A program made the position numbers and the translations under genes. From Chlorokybus atmophyticus (lineage: Eukaryota > Plantae > Mesostigma and Chlorokybus algae), in NCBI GenBank assembly GCA_009103225.1, contig RHPI01001559.1:128274-192273 (forward strand): a stretch of 64,000 nucleotides of DNA, written 5' to 3'. The notes beneath the pieces are model-generated. The model saw nothing but the letters and a program-made list of their open reading frames with translations. It ran no database searches and was not told the DNA's origin. Below, in pieces: positions 28,140 through 46,298 of this stretch. Each line of letters starts with the position of its first letter. Position 1 is the first letter of the stretch.

Positions 28140-29214
28140 AAGTGATGGCGACGTTCAAGTCAACAAGCGTCTTCATTTTGAGCGCATGCACGCGCGCACA
28201 GCATCAAGTGACATGCTGCAACCCACAACCACGTGTGTCAGCATGACCATGACACTAATGCAAAATGACCTTGATTAAATAACCTGCACTGCACTGGCAG
28301 TTAACCTCGCAGCAGCGCTACAGTTGCATGCAAGGGGGGTCTCAACGTTATAATGTACATAGGCCATCATTAAAGCAAAGCGCAAACCGAGTAGCATGTG
28401 TTGTGATGGAGTTCAATCTTCACCTTCATACCCGTGCAAGCATGTGGTCAGATCAATCTGAGGAGCACACCAATTCATGAAATACGGTCTAAATTAGGAT
28501 ACGCATACCGGTTACAAATACTACGCCTTAACGGGTATGTGCATTGCAGCAATATCTGTCCTGCAACGAAGGCACAAACGACCGTTGGACAGTGCTTTCT
28601 TCATTACAAAGCCAACCATTGCAGACATCTGCATCGCTGTTGCAAGCAAATGGAAACGCTGGCCAACACCGATTGAACAGTAAATCCACAGCAAGTGACA
28701 TGACTCGTGTCATTTGCTATATCGTAGGTCATGTCAAACACCTACCCTGGAGGTGTAACAATAAGCCTTGAGTTGTCCTCAGGTGCGATGTCTTCCGCTG
28801 CGGCAAGACCACTGCAGACAGGACTAAAACCCTAGAGGACCCACTGGCAAGCATGAGCGCCAGGGGCTAACCACCTGCGATGCTGTGCAACTCCCTCACA
28901 CCGCCGCCAGCACATCCGAAATCGCCAGTCCTGCGGTTTTGCCAGCTTGCCTTTGCTTCAAGCATAGATGCTACTAGCGTGTGGCCACAGGCAGGTCCCG
29001 CCGCCGCCGCCGCCGCCGCCACCCGACAACGACGCTGCTCTCCGCAACAGCGACAAGGCTATCCGAGCCGACACTTTTGGGCATACTCTTGTATAGAGCC
29101 CATCCGCAGTTGCAACCAAGTCTGTGACAACATCGTGACACATGTACATGTTTCATGTTCCCTTGATAGCCAATCACCATGCATGTCGCCATACAGGCCG
29201 CGTGCGACGGTACC

Positions 29215-29819
29215 CACGTCGAACCCCGTTATAAGAATACAGTATATCACCAAGGTTTCTAGTGGTATGGCGGGGTGGTCGTTATAAGACTGCATAGTCT
29301 TATAACGCATACAGGCATAAGTGTGACTAAGTTGAAGGAAATGAACAGTAAATGCATATTTGTATCTACTTGAGAACTGCATATTACATTTTATCCAATC
29401 AATATACACAATTTACAATATTTGTCGTTACCAGACTGCATAGTCTTATAACGCATTTATGCATATTTATGATCATGTTAAAAGTAATAAGCAATAGATA
29501 AATAAATGCATATTTGTATACACTTCAATAATATAATATAATGAAGTTTATCTAATTATTATACATAATATACGATACATGCATAAAATTCATGCATGCA
29601 ATCTGTGAAGTAGTATAAATATATTTATACAATATCATTGTTCCTCTCATTATGCATAATAAGGCGGAATTTGTCATACACTTCAATATTCCATATGCGG
29701 CTAAAACGAATCTCATGCTCGTAGCTGTTTAGCACGACAGATATTGGTCCCCTAAGATTGTAATCTCTATGACGAAATTGTTCCATCGGCGAGTATATTA
29801 ATAGCGGAGGTAGACTGTA
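29215..29819. mobile_element. Possible older, related MITE copy adjacent to the intact one
   Basis: Right TIR variant ...TAGCGGAGGTAGACTGTA ends at 29819; degenerate left TIR CACGTCGAACCCCGTTATAAG at 29215-29235; internal repeat AGACTGCATAGTCTTATAACGCAT at about 29287 and 29433. Confidence 0.45.
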
Positions 29820-29902
29820 CACTGTATGATACTTGATTTTGCAGTCCCCCTTCGCTGAAAGAATCACATTCAATTTTGATCAGTTTATGCCTAGCAAGTC
29901 AA

Positions 29903-30374
29903 TACAGTCTACCCCCGTTAAAAGACTTCGCTATAAGGGAATAACCCCGCTAAGATCATGGATTATCAAAAGACCAATGGTTTTACAGGCAAATATCTTC
30001 GGTTAGTGGAACAGTCTTGTACGTAATAAGACTAAAGAGAAGGCTTGAAAATTTAAGTGGGCTCAGTCTTGTAACGGGGGAATACCTTGTTAATAGCATG
30101 ATTGTCTTGTTGATATTGGAATAATTATATAAATTAAATCATTAAGTTCATATATTGTATTGCATGGTTTATTGAGGGAAAATGAATCTACATTTTGCCA
30201 AGTCAGCAAATGATGACGTGGCTTGAGGTTATCGGTCGATTCCCCCATCTACAGAATATATATTCTTTAATCGATAAAACAATATATAATCTTATAAGCG
30301 CCAAGAGAATAACCCGGTTAGTGGAATGAAAAGCTGAAAGATAAACGTGATTCCTATAACGGGGGTAGACTGTA
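29903..30374. mobile_element. MITE of Tc1/mariner-pogo/Tigger type (TA TSD, TIR CAGTCTACCCCCGTTA)
   Basis: TACAGTCTACCCCCGTTA (29903-29920) is the exact reverse complement of TAACGGGGGTAGACTGTA (30357-30374); AT-rich non-coding interior with TAACGGGG-like subterminal motifs. Confidence 0.85.
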
Positions 30375-30626
30375 ACCCGTAACTTAATGCCTTAAGACAT
30401 GAGGTTACCTCATCATGTAGAAGACATCCACACTACAAGAGAGGACTTTTCATCTACCACCTCAAGCTACGCTATTACAATACGCAATGCATACGAGATA
30501 AGTATTTAGGTCGACACCATTTTACATCATGATAGCCTATCATCACTGAGTGAGGGGTCTGGGTCAATTAAGTACGGTACTGTAGTTATTGTTAATAAAG
30601 ACATGCAGACCTTAACATGTACTATA

Positions 30627-30843
<217 letters not shown>

Positions 30844-31897
30844 CTCTGTCGAAATTAAACATGAGAATACTATACACATGATTAAGCTGCATTCAGAGAC
30901 TACTAGTCTTACTTATAGTAAATGGTATAGAACATTGGCCCTTGCTGTGTCATGTTGCAAGTGCATTGCATTGTAACACTGGATTGTTCTGTGACATTGC
31001 ACTGTTATGATGGAACGTTGTAGCAACAAGTGACATTGGTGGCACTCATGGCACACTGTGCTGCACCACTGCAACCTACTATTAGCACAGCTACTCCTAC
31101 TGCAATTCGGTCTTGTGAATTGGACAAGCTCTGCCAAGCAATTCTGGATATGGAGACGGTGAGCCCCTTTTCGCTTGTAAAACGCCGCTTCCTCACTCAC
31201 TGGCATCAGCACGCAGCTGTTGCTTGCAACTGCTGGGGAGGTGTAACAACCTCACTGGAACCTGCGGAGCATGCACACTACACTGCGGTGACCATAGTGT
31301 CGGGTGTCGTCACTATGGTATTGCCACCTATCCTTGCCGCGGTAGTAATGCAACGTGGCAAAACGCATGGCACGACAGCGTTCTTTGCCGCCGACATCTG
31401 TCGCGCATCAACGCTTGGCCTGCGGGACCAAAATTTCCAAGATATGCACGACAAGCGTCAGTGCCTGTCAGAACAGCGCTTTGTCCCGCGCCACGTCAGA
31501 TCAGTTCGAAGTGGAGTGCTGTTGCCAGCTGGACAGTGGTGCATGGCTTCTGCGCAGCGCAGACTTTTGCGCAGCCGTCCGTCTGTCTGTGTTTATCCGC
31601 TGTGTCTGCCGCAATGCAAGAGCTTGAGCAGAGTTTGAGCAGCACCTATATGAAGCAGTGGATGCAATGTGTCGAGCAAGGACAGTGCCTCTCGCTGAGA
31701 GGCTGTCTGTGTGCTGCTCTACTTGCTTGTGTGGTTGCCTTCCTGTTGTTGAGGGAGGGACTCTGCTCGGGCTTCAGCGCCAGTGCTGCTAGTTGTGGCA
31801 AGGTAGGAGCAGTGCTATTTTTTCAAGAAGCCTTGGCTGGATGCTGAGCTAGCTTGCGATAGCGGTGTTGCAGTTGCAGTGCCAATGCTTGCAGTAG

Positions 31898-34585
<2,688 letters not shown>

Positions 34586-35017
34586 GCTTCGTCAAGTTTT
34601 CTAGTGACCAACGCGGCACTCCTTTTTGGTGGTCCAGCGCATTGGCCACATTGTAGCAGTGCAAGAAGTGTAGATGAAAGGTTGCATCCGCTACTGGCAG
34701 ACAAACTTTTCATTTGCCCCGTGATTTCCATCATTCGTAGGTGGCTTTTGAGTGTTCATCCTGTACTCTAAGGCGCATGTAACCCTGTATGTGTAAGACT
34801 CATCTGTCGTTCTTCTTTGCCTTCAATCTAACTGTGTTCAAGGTTGCCTCCCTGCAGCCGCCATTCTGTTTTGTCGACTTGCATTTATGTGTTGCGGCAC
34901 CAGCGTGTTGGCTTGTCACGGACTGTATCCATATAGTGTGTCAGTATGTTGTCGTCGCTCCCTTACCACAAGCAGCACCTTTTCAGACTGAGAGGTTGTG
35001 GTACAGTCCACTGCAGC

Positions 35018-35425
35018 TCAACTGAACGTAAGCAAGAAACAAATGTTGTAATCAGAAACACTCAATGCAGTTACCTGTAAAGCAGGACTGAGAAGTTGCA
35101 ATACAGACCAGTGCAGCTGAACTGAATGTAAGCAAGAAACAAATGTTGTAATCAGGCAACACTCAATGCAGTTACTTGTACAGCAGGAGCTGTAGCTACT
35201 GCTGCTGTACAGACACACAAATTGATCTGCTTGTTAACTACTCTATGCTACAGCCTGTATGCTACACACTCCATCACAGTTTATCACGATGTACACGATT
35301 GCGCAGCAAATGCTGTGATATACACAACACCATGCAGTTACGTGTACATCAGTGGCTATAACAACTGCTGCTGTACAGACACAAACACAAAAATTGTTCT
35401 GCTTACTGAGTACTCTATGTTACAG
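35018..35425. repeat. Two short imperfect direct duplications between the convergent GH9 and SNARE 3' ends
   Basis: 'AACTGAAYGTAAGCAAGAAACAAATGTTGTAATCAG..ACACTCAATGCAGTTAC' at about 35021 and 35119; 'ACTGCTGCTGTACAGACAC..ACTCTATG.TACAG' at about 35198 and 35363. Confidence 0.75.
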
Positions 35426-35434
35426 ACACGGTAT

Positions 35435-36841
35435 CTACCGCAGTTTCGTCATGATGTAAACGAGCGCGAAGCAGGCAAGGGCAAACAACATGAGAAACAG
35501 CATGTGGTTGGAGGACCCCTGCGTGAACGCCCTGTTCACCTTCTTCACCGCTCCCTTGAGCAGCAGCTGGGCTTTCGCCATCGTTGCTTCCTGCACCCAA
35601 TGACACCGTTGTGGGCCTCTAGAGTGGATGTACAAAACAACATGACAACGAAACAGCGCATGGTGCGAACTGTTGCGCTCTGCACAACTGTTCATATTGA
35701 CGTTACGTTGTAGCAAGCCTTACCAGCTCCTCTATAAACTGCTTCTGGTGCTTTGTCTCTGTCTCTATCTCTCGTGTCACCTGCCACACAACACGCTGTT
35801 CATGCTCCCCGGCACAAGGGGACTTGTACACACCAACACACTGATAAGTCTCCAACATCACGCACCTGTTTGAGCGCAGAGACCTGGCCTGCAAGGTGCG
35901 CAATATCGTCGTCAAGGTCTCGCTCCATTGGGTCCACCATCACCTGGATGCTCTCCGCATCGTACAGCTGGCCCCTGCAAGGCATAGCTGATTGAGAGAT
36001 AGAACAGCACTGGAGAACCCAGCACGGCTTGTGACAACACTGTGCATTATAACGATACCACATGTGTTGCTTGTGGGATGCTGTGTGTACCACAGGTACG
36101 ATAACAAGCCTATAACATCTTCCCAAGCGACCTCGTCAAATGCTGAAACCATAAATGTTGCACAAAGACGGCTGATTATCAAGATGCGAATGTCATGTCC
36201 TTGTGTAAGCAACGTGCCACCTTCTCCTGGGCTAACCACAATGCCATGTGCATCTCACACAGAATGAACAATTACATTCCAGGCTTACTTGCCATGCAAT
36301 TTTTCATTTGCTCCTTGTTTGACAACTAACAAAACACTTAGAAAACATTGGATAATGCGTGTTTCACCGTATCTGTGTCTTGACCAGGTTGTGACGCTGC
36401 ATTGTTAACAGCACCAACTCGGACGCATGCATACATACACACGTGTGTTTTCTGATGAAGGCGTTGGTCCGAAGAGAAGGTCAACAAGCTCAATACCTGT
36501 GTCGACATACGTGCATCCATGTTCGCACACGTTGGGAGGTAGTGTGCCCACGCAACTTACATGTCAAATCACAAAAACAATCAGCATCAGTGTGAATAGG
36601 ACGTGTGGTGTAGTGTATTCTTCTTAGCGCCAATTCTCCTATGTGATGTAGACACTAGTGTTGAAGGTTGTCTTACAAAAGGTGCGTGATGGCAACGTAC
36701 ACTAATGAGAACGCATAAGCAACCATGGTAGTTGCATTCCATGGGCTCTTAGCTGGAAGACAAGACGGACAGCTGATGCCGCTTCAAACAAACGGAATAA
36801 CCTCAAACAAACCTGTGAGCGGCAGGCCGCTTCCATGACAT
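35435..36841 (-). CDS. Bet1-like/SFT1-family Qc-SNARE, 4 coding exons
   Basis: Spliced product MSWKRPAAHRGQLYDAESIQVMVDPMERDLDDDIAHLAGQVSALKQVTREIETETKHQKQFIEELEATMAKAQ...SNHMLFLMLFALACFALVYIMTKLR*; SNARE heptad with C-terminal TM anchor. Confidence 0.85.
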
Positions 36842-37062
36842 CCTGGCCTGGTCGTTTCCCGCCTGTGAGCGAAGCCGACCAGCCGATGCGATGCGCCTCC
36901 TTTCCTCAACGACACTACCTCATTGATTGCTGCGCTTCCTCATCTCCTGCACGCCAACTCCGCCACTGTTACCGCTCGGAGGACACTACCGCCACCGTGG
37001 ACGCTGCCAACAATGCCAACAACGTCTATACACAGACTGCCACGTCTCAGCGACGCCGCTGA

Positions 37063-37320
37063 CGTCTTGTGCTTTGCGCGCACAAGTTGTGCGAGGGGGT
37101 CTTGCAATGATGAGTCATCATTGATAACTCGTTCAATGAGACTCGTGTCAAGCGAAGAGTCTACTCTAGTGACGTCTTACTTACTGACTTCATCAATCGT
37201 CTTGTGCTTTGCGCACAAGTTGTGCGGGGGTCTTGCATGATGAGTCATCATTGACAACTCGTTCAATGAGACTCGTCCTCACGAGAGTCTACTCTCGTGA
37301 GGTCTTACTAACTTCAAGTC
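37063..37320. repeat. Imperfect 135-bp tandem duplication rich in palindromes
   Basis: Unit 1 at 37063-37197 and unit 2 at 37198-37320; contains CAATGATGA-G-TCATCATTG and CCTCACGAGAG-TCTA-CTCTCGTGAGG. Confidence 0.85.
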
Positions 37321-37454
37321 TTATGGTTTGTAATACTCATGTGTAGAACTCATGGACAGGTCTTAGAGAGCATAATAAAAAGAGGTCATCAGGTGCATGT
37401 CTTGTCTCATTATGTCAGTTCAACACAATATTGTATTGTAAGGAAGAAGTATTG

Positions 37455-37456
<2 letters not shown>

Positions 37457-37513
<57 letters not shown>

Positions 37514-37535
37514 NCTCGCTCACTCTCTCTCTCTC
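37457..37535. repeat. (CT)n microsatellite containing an N (gap join)
   Basis: CT run with N at 37514. Confidence 0.9.
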
Positions 37536-37912
37536 CCCCCCAAACCCTCCCCCTTCCTCGCTCCCACCCGCCCGTGCAAGAAAGTGCATGCATGTATACT
37601 CTTGCCCACGGTTGGGCGCGGGTTGTGCTGTGTGCCTAGTTAACTTGTACGTGTCTCAAGGCGTCAAACAATGCCTTGTGATGTTTTACGCTGCCATGGA
37701 TGCTCAACTTGAAACTGATGCACAAGGATGATGATGAGAAGGTGCATTTGCGGCCACGTATGATGCTCATTAACAGCAGGTGTAACCAGTGGCCCCATGC
37801 AACTATTGTGACGTTGTACAACACCACATGCCATTGCGAAGAAAGCAAACTAGGGAGCACACAGACATGCTACCTTCCGGCTTTACAGCCAAGTTGGCTA
37901 TACCTGCTCTGT

Positions 37913-38106
37913 ATGCATGCCATTGTCTACAGAGCGCATACGCGCAAGTGTCTGGGTGCATGGAACTAGTAGTACGTAGTTATCTATCAAGGGAACACTG
38001 CATTGGCATGCATGCCATTGTCTACAGAGCGCATACGCGCAAGTGTCTGGGTGCATGGAACTAGTAGTACGTAGTTATCTATCAAGGGAACACTGCATTG
38101 GCATGC
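37913..38106. repeat. Perfect 95-bp tandem duplication downstream of the second GH9
   Basis: ATGCATGCCATTGTCTACAGAGC...GGAACACTGCATTGGC repeated at 37913 and 38008. Confidence 0.9.
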
Positions 38107-38362
38107 TGCAACAATGACACAATGCAACGTGTGTTGCTGGTCAGGTGAGATTAGAATGGACTTGGCACCACAATGACAACCACACTGTCTGTACAAAGCC
38201 TCAAGGCGACTGCACCACTTACGAGCGCAAAGAATGTTGCTGTTGCGACTGAATGTTTGACTGAACTACGCCGGAACAAATGTTCTGTCTACCGTTGATA
38301 CTTGCACGCTCAAAGCCACCAAGCTGCGTGGGCGCTTGCAATGGTTGACAACCAGCGGGCTC

Positions 38363-41020
<2,658 letters not shown>

Positions 41021-42318
41021 TTATACAAACATTGAGCTTGCTTACAGCTGAAAGCAAGCAATCGCAATTCCAACCAGTTTAAGCTCTGACTACTTGCAAG
41101 GACAATGCATGCACGTGAGAACAAGCAAGGCGTTAGTGCATATGCATTGCTTGTATAGTGCTCACAGCAGCATGCTATGCGAAGCCACTGTTGCACTGTT
41201 GCAGCAGCTGGTTTACTACACTGCTCACGTAGACCAATGCAGTGAACAGCGGCAAAGTAACTGTACTGTACTCTGACCTTCCAGCAAGCGGCTGCCCCAC
41301 CCTACAAGGGGATTAGGCAAACCCTCGCTGCTCTGCTTTGCCGCTGGTGCCTCTCAGCCCAGCGCCAAGCACAAGCCGCCACAGCAACACAAGGCAGCAC
41401 AATCGTACTCCACTACACCACACCACAACACAACACAATGCAGTGTCTGGACAGGCGCAGAAACACTACGCCACTGGACCGGACTGGAAAACACTGCAAG
41501 ACAGTGCAAGCTAACACCAACGTATATAACTACTGGCAATGACTTCAGCCAGTTCACAAGCTGGACAGGAAGCGGCATTCAGTCCCACATACATGTTACA
41601 TTGCAATACATAAGCGTACGCAAGGGACGTGTCACGTATCAAGCAGCCCTGCGGAGTCCGCAGTGCGGACACCCGCAGACCGCAGCCAATAAAATCAACA
41701 CTGACCTTCGTCATGGCGCGCCGCAGCTTCGTTGATGCGCGACTGCCGCTCCATGATGCCGACCTCACCAGCACTCAGCGCCATAGCCGGTGTCGTCACT
41801 CCCGTCAGGGCCGCCCGAAACGCGGGGTTGTCTGAGGATGTCTGAGACAAACAGAGCCAGGGAGATGTGTAGGCCTATGCTCAACCATGAGATGTGTGAT
41901 GCGGTCGGCCGGTCAGAAGGAAATACATGGAGAGACGGTGTACCGCAGCGCGCCAAATGCATAGCTGTCCGCCTGGCGACGGAGGATAAGCGCAGAGAGA
42001 GAGAGAGAGTTGATGCGTGACAGTTTCGTGCGTTGTGAGCATTGGTGTTATTCGCCGCTGATGGACTACAATTCTGTGATTATAAACTGATTATAGACTT
42101 GGGAGCAAACCTGACGAGATGGTTATTCGTGACGCACAAAGCGGCAGAATGCCGCCGCCTTCGCCGCCTGCCGGCGGTCAAGGTGTGTCCCCTACTGCCA
42201 GGCTGCAGACATGTGTATTGCATGCAAACGTTGATGTGGAGTGCAGCGTTGCGGCCTCCACCAGCACACACTGGCTGTTATTTCGCCTCACCCACGCCTG
42301 CCTCCTGCTGCTACTTGC

Positions 42319-42559
<241 letters not shown>

Positions 42560-42819
42560 CATAGCTCATGCAGCGTTCCCTGACTGTCCAGGGTTGCATT
42601 GCGATTGCATTGATTTGTGCGGGTTTTTGTGAGCTTGTGTGCGTGTGTTGTGATGGTCTGAGTGCTCCGTCACAAGCGTGAATTGCTGTACGGTTGGATC
42701 GATGCTTGCACAAATGTCTTTGCAACAAATGTGAGATCGCACATCTCTTTATGAGCACAACAGGCAACTAACATAGTAACACCAATATACCCCTAATCCA
42801 AACAGCCACCAATATATGA

Positions 42820-44220
42820 TCAGAACATTCCATAGTAGTGCTCCAGGCTGAGCCCTTCGTTTCTGGTGACTTCAGTGGTGCTTAAAGGTCTGCAGCAGAA
42901 GAACAGGTAAGTGGGCTTTGATTGTGCAGGGACAATAGCATACGCATGTCAAGCGACTCACTTGTACACACGCGTGGGATCGACCTTAGGCGGCCCCGGC
43001 AGCCACCCATATTCCTGATTGCTTGTCAGTGGCCTCCCGTACACCTGGTATTATCACAAACACTGTCATTCTTGTTGTTGTTGCATCGCTGAGTTTGTCA
43101 ATCTACCCGTTGTTGGCGCTTTTTATTTCGACATAATTGCCGTTATTCGTGCTGTGTTGTGGTTTTTGCTGTACCCAAATGCTCACCTGTCGTGCAGGCT
43201 TGATGTTTGGCCGCACATGTCGTTGATCGTTGCGCAACTGCAAACCCCATTGCTTCAGCCACAGTAGCATATGTACATGCACTTGCAGTTGGACCATACC
43301 CCAGTAGCTGTTTGTTGCACAAGTGTGCATACATGCGCACTTGTGTCACACACGTGTGCATGCACGCGCGCACGCGCATGCACAAGCGGGTAGGTGCGCA
43401 GGAACGTATCAACGCACGCACCAGTTCTCCTGACGTGTACAGGTTTGCAGCAGGCGGCATCACGGTGGCGGCTTTGATGGCATTCATGGCATCCATGAAC
43501 TCGCCCATTTCAATCATGCCGTGCGTCACATCGACATGCCTAGTGTCGCAGCGAATCAGCGACTTGGAACTTGCAGCAAGACACGCACCCAAGCAGTCAG
43601 GGATGATACGTACTTGCTAACTGTTGTGAGTTCTTCCGCTGTGAGCTGGCGCCCGACAGCTTCGGCCATTACATCAAAAACCTGAACCAGCACGTTTTGT
43701 GTCAAATGCTGTTTGCGTTCGGCACATGCAACACCGACTGATTTTTCCCGTTCAATATCCTGTCAGGCTGAACTGTGTAGTAGTGTGTATAGTTACTGAA
43801 CCAAAGAGCATCTTGTGATTACCTAGCTACACAATCAAAGCGTGTTTGCTGTGCAACTTACAAACGGCGACTGATTTTATGTCAGTAAGCATCATGGGCA
43901 GTCTAGACTGAATTGTATATGTAAACAACCAGCAAAGTGTGTAGTCATCAAGCACAGTATGGCATACAGCAGCTACACTGCACCTGCATCCGCCTGATGG
44001 TGTTGTGCGCCGCCAATGCGCGCCTTGAGAATGCATCTCGCAAGGCTTCCTGTCGATCAGTTGATGTCAGTCAGCTGAGTGTAATGTTACTCACAAAGTG
44101 TGTAACAAGTCTCCGCACTACCTCAGGTACTGTTTGCAATGAGCTCCTCGAGGCAGTGCGCGCCAGCCTGTCGAACACCTTTGAGTCGCCCAGCCCGGTC
44201 AGCCCAAAGAAGTTGGCCAT
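42820..44220 (-). CDS. Small EF-hand-like protein, candidate flagellar microtubule inner protein (FAP85/TEX49-like), about 7 exons
   Basis: Exons: MANFFGLTGLGDSKVFDRLARTASRSSLQTVPE / EALRDAFSRR... / VFDVMAEAVGRQLTAEEL / DVTHGMIEMGEFMDAM (EF-hand-like) / ... / NQEYGW / KPLSTTEVTRNEGLSLEHYYGMF*. The family call is recalled similarity only. Confidence 0.55.
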
Positions 44221-44412
44221 CGTCTCCCTGTGCTACCGTTTACACATAGTTCACGCTGAGCGCTGCACCGCCGCCGCCGCCGCCACCGCCACCGCCAGGG
44301 GTTCAGGCTGGGCGCCGGGGCTGCAGGAGGGAAAGTCACGTGACACAAACGCCAAAAATATTCTTAAGGCTTTATTATATACAGATCATAGGTTTCGCAA
44401 CTGTTAACACGA

Positions 44413-44484
44413 TCCCACGTCGTCTAGTGGTTAGGATAACGCGCTTTCACCGCGTCGACCCGGGTTCAAGTCCCGGCGTGGGAG
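44413..44484 (+). tRNA. tRNA-Glu (anticodon TTC)
   Basis: Acceptor stem TCCCACG/CGTGGGA; D-arm with TAGTGGTTAGG; anticodon arm ACGCG-CT-TTC-AC-CGCGT; T-arm CCCGG-GTTCAAGT-CCCGG. Confidence 0.95.
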
Positions 44485-44525
44485 GATTTGACTTTGGAGC
44501 AACTTGTGATTTTATAGTCACCATA

Positions 44526-44760
44526 TAATTTTGCAACCGAGAGTAGATTTCCCGGCAGGGGTCAGCAGAAATATCGGGACGGGTCCTGTTCAAAATGTTA
44601 TTTTGGCCACCAGAGTGGTGCATAGACTGGGCCCACACAGTCACAAGATAATTTTGCAACCGAGAGTAGATTTCCCGGCAGGGGTCAGCAGAAATATCGG
44701 GACGGGTCCTGTTCAAAATGTTATTTTGGCCACCAGAGTGGTGCATAGACTGGGCCCACA
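44526..44760. repeat. Near-perfect 122-bp tandem duplication just 3' of the tRNA
   Basis: ATAATTTTGCAACCGAGAG...GACTGGGCCCACA at 44526 and 44648. Confidence 0.92.
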
Positions 44761-44961
44761 ATAATAATGCCGCTGGCTTGATGCCATGTAATGTTTGCTA
44801 GCACACTTGCCGAGCCCCGGTAAGGTTTTTGAAAGAGGGGTTGTTAATTTCAACCTTTATGAAAATGGAGCTATAGGGCTGCTGAAGTCTTATATTGTGT
44901 GACACACATTGACCTACTCGTATAAATTAAATACTTACGCACATATACACGCACATAGAAA

Positions 44962-45300
44962 GGATGCACGGCAAGCTCTCCACTCAGCTATCACACACTT
45001 AAGCACACCCCACAATCGTGTAAGACTGCCATGAACACGCAGTGTAGTACACCTCACTTGGGATGCACGGCAAGCTTTCCACTCACCTGTCACACACAAG
45101 AGTCAAGTTTGCACATGAGGATGGAATTGCTCTCCACTCAGCTGTCACACACTTAAGCACACTCGCAATCGTGTAAGGCTGCCACGGACACGCAGTGTAG
45201 TACACCTCACTCGGGATGAGAGGGAGAGGCCCTTGTACAAACTAGACCAGGCACCCCACACATAAGAGTCAAGTATGCGCATAAGAGCATGGAATTGCTG
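44962..45300. repeat. Composite array of shuffled repeat modules
   Basis: 'GGATGCACGGCAAGCT.TCCACTCA.CT.TCACACAC', 'GCAGTGTAGTACACCTCACT.GGGATG' and 'AAGAGTCAAGT..GC.CAT...GATGGAATTGCT' each recur 2-3 times. Confidence 0.8.
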
Positions 45301-46011
45301 GGAGTTGAAGTTATTTTGTCGTGCGGAGCTAAGAGATTGAAACTATTTGGCAGGAGTCAGCCTACGTTCGCTACAGTTCACGCTCACAAAGAGGCTCGTG
45401 CGGCATAACGTCAGGGGTATAATGACCGCGTGGCTCAAGAGCCTTTCTCCGCGCCGCTGGCATTATGCCGCAAAATGCCATGTCAATTCTGTTAGCGCCG
45501 AGCCCGATTAAGTTTCTCAATAGAGGGGTTGACAAATCCATTTGAGCTAAACGCCGACGGGGCTGCTTAAATCTGGGCCTACACAATGTAGTATTTCGAC
45601 ACATTGGTACAACCTTTATCGTACGTATTCCGGTGTAAGTATTCCAGCGGAGTTTGACAATATCACTGATGGTATCATTCGTTAATAATATCACTCATTG
45701 TATGAGTAATGGCATCATACCAAGCAAGAAATACCGAAACAATTTGAAGATGTGAATTTAAAAGAGTACTTATGCTAAAAGCAAGTTGCTAAAGAATAGA
45801 AGAGTTTAGTTGCATCGGCCGCAACGTCAATGTACAAACTTTGAAAGTTTTGAGAAGGGTGGCAGGGGCGAGACGACATGGACATGGCGGCGGCGGTGGT
45901 GGAGATGTAAGTGGATGGACGCTAAGTGTCAGACGAAGCGAGGGGGACGCAGAAGGGGTAGGGGTTGCATAAAGTGGGAAGGAAAACAGAATGGGGAGCG
46001 TATGTAACCAA

Positions 46012-46298
46012 AAGTGGCTACACCAGCCTGCTCAACTTTGGCTGTTAATAATGGTTGCGGAGGTGGAAGGGCGAATGCCCAATTGTGCATGCCTGGCCTC
46101 CATCAAGTACTTGTAAGTGCCATAATGGGGCATTGGTTGCGTAAAGTGGGAAACGAAAGAGATTGGGGAGCAGACCTAACCTTAAGTGGCTACGCCAGCC
46201 TGCTCAACTAGCGCCACTGAAAGTGGTTGCGGAGGTGGAAGGGAGAATACCCCAGTGCTTGCTTGGCCTCCATCAAGCACTCGTAAGTGCCATGATTG
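46012..46298. repeat. Imperfect direct duplication, period about 172 bp
   Basis: 'AAGTGGCTAC.CCAGCCTGCTCAACT...TGGTTGCGGAGGTGGAAGGG...GGCCTCCATCAAG.ACT.GTAAGTGCCAT' at about 46012 and 46184. Confidence 0.8.

Noticed and set aside
44526-44760. Possible CRISPR-like array
   Set aside because: Two adjacent identical units without unique spacers, a eukaryotic context and no cas genes.
45600-45830. RIP-like CpA hypermutation inferred from stop codons
   Set aside because: Any stop codon can be derived from CAA, CAG or CGA; untestable without aligned family copies.
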